Shown here in pieces: positions 39,482 through 41,997 of a stretch of DNA of 41,997 nt (position 1 is the stretch's first letter; each line of letters opens with the position of its first letter). The position numbers and the translations under genes are program-made. This DNA comes from an uncultured Candidatus Saccharibacteria bacterium. Its GTDB lineage: Bacteria > Patescibacteriota > Doudnabacteria > UBA920 > O2-02-FULL-48-8. Under the pieces are notes generated by a model that saw nothing but the letters and a program-made list of their open reading frames with translations, was not told the DNA's origin and searched no databases. The stretch spans positions 4,093-46,089 of the forward strand of contig CAZSDS010000002.1 of NCBI GenBank assembly GCA_964605735.1, read 5' to 3'.

Positions 39482-40930
39482 TTAAGGCAAAGGCCGTTGC
39501 AACAGATTTAAGGTGCTCTGATATGAAATACCTTGCAGCATGACAACGTTTCTGGCGTAAGCCACAAGGTCTCCCCTGCCTGGTTTGATTGTATTTGTTG
39601 AAGTGTTGAATTCAACCCACAGATAGTCCCAGGTTGCCCCTGAGTACCTTTCAGTCACAAGCTCCCGGTCAAGAATCTGGACGGGACCGGTATTCACATC
39701 AGCCACCCACAAACTGAACTCAGTCCATGTCCCTGTATATGTAAGGAGCGCCCAGTACCTTGTCCATGTTTCAGGGGAGATGGCGAACTCTCCCACCATT
39801 GGACCCAGTGCCTGGTCTCCGTAATTTATGCCGTTAAAAGTGGTCCCCTTGATACTGCCAGGCCCCGGAGAACCATAATATCTTAAATCGACCATGGCAA
39901 TTTTATTGCTTGGGGCCAGGGAAAATCTGGATCTTGGCTCAGTCCAAATAGAACCGCCACTGGACAATTGCCATGCTTTGTAAGTAGGTATGCCGGAATT
40001 CTGGTATCTGAACTCATCACCCCACCAGGCATCCCAGGTAACCAAAACCGAATTTGAATGTGAAGGAATAGGAAGACGAAGTTGATTTCTCAAACTGTTC
40101 TTAGATGATTCGACCACAATCTTTGCCGCATCCTGGCGGCGAGGATCAGGATCATTTGGGTAAGTATATGTTACGTCCAATGGGCAGCTGTTGCAGTTTG
40201 CATATCCCCCATTTGCCCTGGTTTGCAGTTGCGCAGGATCACGCAGGGAATAAACAGCCAGTTTGTCGGGTCTTGCCGCCAGATTGTTGAAATAACTGTG
40301 AGTTGATCCCCCGCTTGGTGGAGGAGGTGGCGTGACATTACTGACTGTAACAGTTACGGCAGAAGAAGTTTTGGTGTTGCCTGCAGCATCTCTGGCAACA
40401 GCAGTAATTGTGTACGAGCCATTGGACAGGGAGCCTGTAAACCAGGAGATGGAATATGGGGATGTGGTGTCTTCTGTTCCCTGATTGGCTCCGTTTACTT
40501 TAAATTGCACTCCCACTACTCCTACGTTGTCAGAAGCAGAGGCAGAAATGTTTACTGAACCTGAGACCGTCGCGCCATTGGCCGGAGCTGTGATTGAGAC
40601 TGTTGGGGCGGTGGTGTCCGTTGGCGGCGGAGGTGGTGCTGTTTTAAGCCAGTTTGAGTTCATTATGGACCAGTCAACTGTATTTACTATTCCATCTGAG
40701 TTAAGGTCTGCTGAAGCATCTGAGGTCAGCCATTTTGAATTCATCAGTGACCAGTCTATTGAGTTGACTATGCCGTCGTTGTTTAAATCTCCTTGGAGAG
40801 CAGCACTGCTGGTGTTTAGGGAGAGTTTTGGTTTGAATTGGCCAGGGAGGTAATATGCACCTGCTACAGCTATTAATAGGAGAAGTGCCAGTGTTAAACC
40901 TGGTTTTTTGTGGAAGTATTCCATATACAT
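39482..40930 (-). CDS. N-terminal dockerin + Ig-like + uncharacterised Trp-rich beta domain
   Basis: TM/signal, DLNNDGIVNSIDW / DLNSDGIVNTVDW, DTTAPTVSITAP Ig-like, Pro linker, ~270-aa domain shared with the next gene. Confidence 0.88.
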   Translation of the reverse strand: MYMEYFHKKPGLTLALLLLIAVAGAYYLPGQFKPKLSLNTSSAALQGDLNNDGIVNSIDWSLMNSKWLTSDASADLNSDGIVNTVDWSIMNSNWLKTAPPPPPTDTTAPTVSITAPANGATVSGSVNISASASDNVGVVGVQFKVNGANQGTEDTTSPYSISWFTGSLSNGSYTITAVARDAAGNTKTSSAVTVTVSNVTPPPPPSGGSTHSYFNNLAARPDKLAVYSLRDPAQLQTRANGGYANCNSCPLDVTYTYPNDPDPRRQDAAKIVVESSKNSLRNQLRLPIPSHSNSVLVTWDAWWGDEFRYQNSGIPTYKAWQLSSGGSIWTEPRSRFSLAPSNKIAMVDLRYYGSPGPGSIKGTTFNGINYGDQALGPMVGEFAISPETWTRYWALLTYTGTWTEFSLWVADVNTGPVQILDRELVTERYSGATWDYLWVEFNTSTNTIKPGRGDLVAYARNVVMLQGISYQSTLNLLQRPLP

Positions 40931-41045
40931 AATTTTAGCACTTATTTAACTGAATCTGGCCTTAATAGAGCATATTTGGCACCAAAGACTCATACCCAGA
41001 GTTATGATCAGTCCAACGTTTCTTATCATTTCTTAACGCAATCTC

Positions 41046-41997
41046 TTATGGCAATGGTTTCTGCAACAAACTGGTTGCAGTTGTGTACGAAATTCCTTTT
41101 AAGGCAACCACATTTCTGACATAGGCAACCAATGGGAAGGTTGTGCCTGCCCTGTTGTTGGAAGAAGTGTTAAATTCGAGCCAGAAACTTTCCCAGCTGG
41201 CTTTTGTTGAAGCAGGACTTGGCCGAACTTTAAGTTTATCGAAAATAAGAACTGGATCAGTGACCGTGTCAGACGCCCACAAGGAATATTCATACCAAGT
41301 GCCATCCCCTGCGGCCGGGCTTTGCAGATATGCGTACCACCTGGTCCACCTTTCCGGCTGCACAAAGAATTTTCCGACTTGCGGGGCAAGCGTACTGTAA
41401 GCCGTCACATTTGGACCAACGCTGTACCCTCCCTCAGGGTACAATCGCCCGTCAATCAAAGCCACGCTTCCTGGTTTCTGGTTTGCGCCCATGCTGTATC
41501 TGTTTCGTATTTCCAGGTGGATGTCATTAAGCGGGCTTCCCAGTTGCCAGGTTTTTTGGTCAATAATGCCGCCATTTATATATTCGCTCCCGAACCAACC
41601 ATCCCATGTGACAAAAAGACTTTCCGGAGCATGGGTTGGGATCGGCACTCTGACTTGGTTCGGCAAGTTAGCGGCTCCTGCGGGAATGACCACCTTGGCC
41701 GCATCCTGTTTCCTTGGGTCTGGGTCATTCGGGTAAGTGTAGGTCACTGCCAGCGCGCATGAATTGCAGTTTGCATATCCCCCATTTGCTTTTGTCTGAA
41801 GCTGGGCAGTGTTCCGCAAACTGTATGAGGCAATAGCATCAGATCTTGCCGCCAGATTGTTGAAATAACTGTGAGTTGATCCCCCGTTTGGTGGAGGAGG
41901 TGGCTGCGGCGGCGGAACCACAGGAGGAGGCGTTGACTTCAACCAGTTTGAGTTCATGATGGACCAGTCCACAGTGTTGACGATTCCATCACTGTTA
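41046..41997 (-). CDS. Dockerin + uncharacterised Trp-rich beta domain; 5' end lies beyond the window
   Basis: The frame stays open past the track start at 41972 and reads NSDGIVNTVDWSIMNSNWLK, the second dockerin segment; the C-terminal domain is paralogous to that of 39482-40930. Confidence 0.88.
   Translation of the reverse strand, partial: NSDGIVNTVDWSIMNSNWLKSTPPPVVPPPQPPPPPNGGSTHSYFNNLAARSDAIASYSLRNTAQLQTKANGGYANCNSCALAVTYTYPNDPDPRKQDAAKVVIPAGAANLPNQVRVPIPTHAPESLFVTWDGWFGSEYINGGIIDQKTWQLGSPLNDIHLEIRNRYSMGANQKPGSVALIDGRLYPEGGYSVGPNVTAYSTLAPQVGKFFVQPERWTRWYAYLQSPAAGDGTWYEYSLWASDTVTDPVLIFDKLKVRPSPASTKASWESFWLEFNTSSNNRAGTTFPLVAYVRNVVALKGISYTTATSLLQKPLP

Noticed and set aside
41046-41972. 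ORF-track start at 41972
   Set aside because: It is an internal codon in the dockerin; the frame is open to the window edge.

Overview
The window looks like chromosomal DNA from a Patescibacteria (CPR, Parcubacteria-like) bacterium. This is inferred from the divergent 16S rRNA, the unlinked rRNA arrangement, a type IV pilus locus with no pilQ in the window, and many single-TM surface proteins; finer taxonomy is not established. Almost all real genes are on the minus strand. Left to right: the 5' part of a large repeat surface protein (missed by the ORF track), tRNA-Pro, ligA and a LysM protein. Next is a ~19 kb type IV pilus locus (pilM-N-O-P-like, pilB, an atypical receiver, pilT, pilC, 3 pilins, pilD, 4 minor pilins) interrupted by a methyltransferase, two DUF5666-like genes, three paralogous lipoprotein-like genes and a 959-aa adhesin-like gene. 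Then come stand-alone tRNA-Ala and tRNA-Ile, the ligD-ku NHEJ pair, an orphan pilin, a histidine phosphatase, a lone 16S rRNA gene and a five-gene cohesin-dockerin cluster. The two most striking observations are (1) the cohesin/dockerin cluster, which looks like a cellulosome-style modular surface assembly with near-identical shuffled dockerins, and (2) a ~1.9 kb cargo segment flanked by direct repeats that begin in the 16S anti-Shine-Dalgarno tail, each copy carrying a 3' strand for the 16S processing stem and its own terminator. No CRISPR array, 23S/5S gene, integrase or transposase is visible. All domain calls come from motif recognition by eye, not from database searches.
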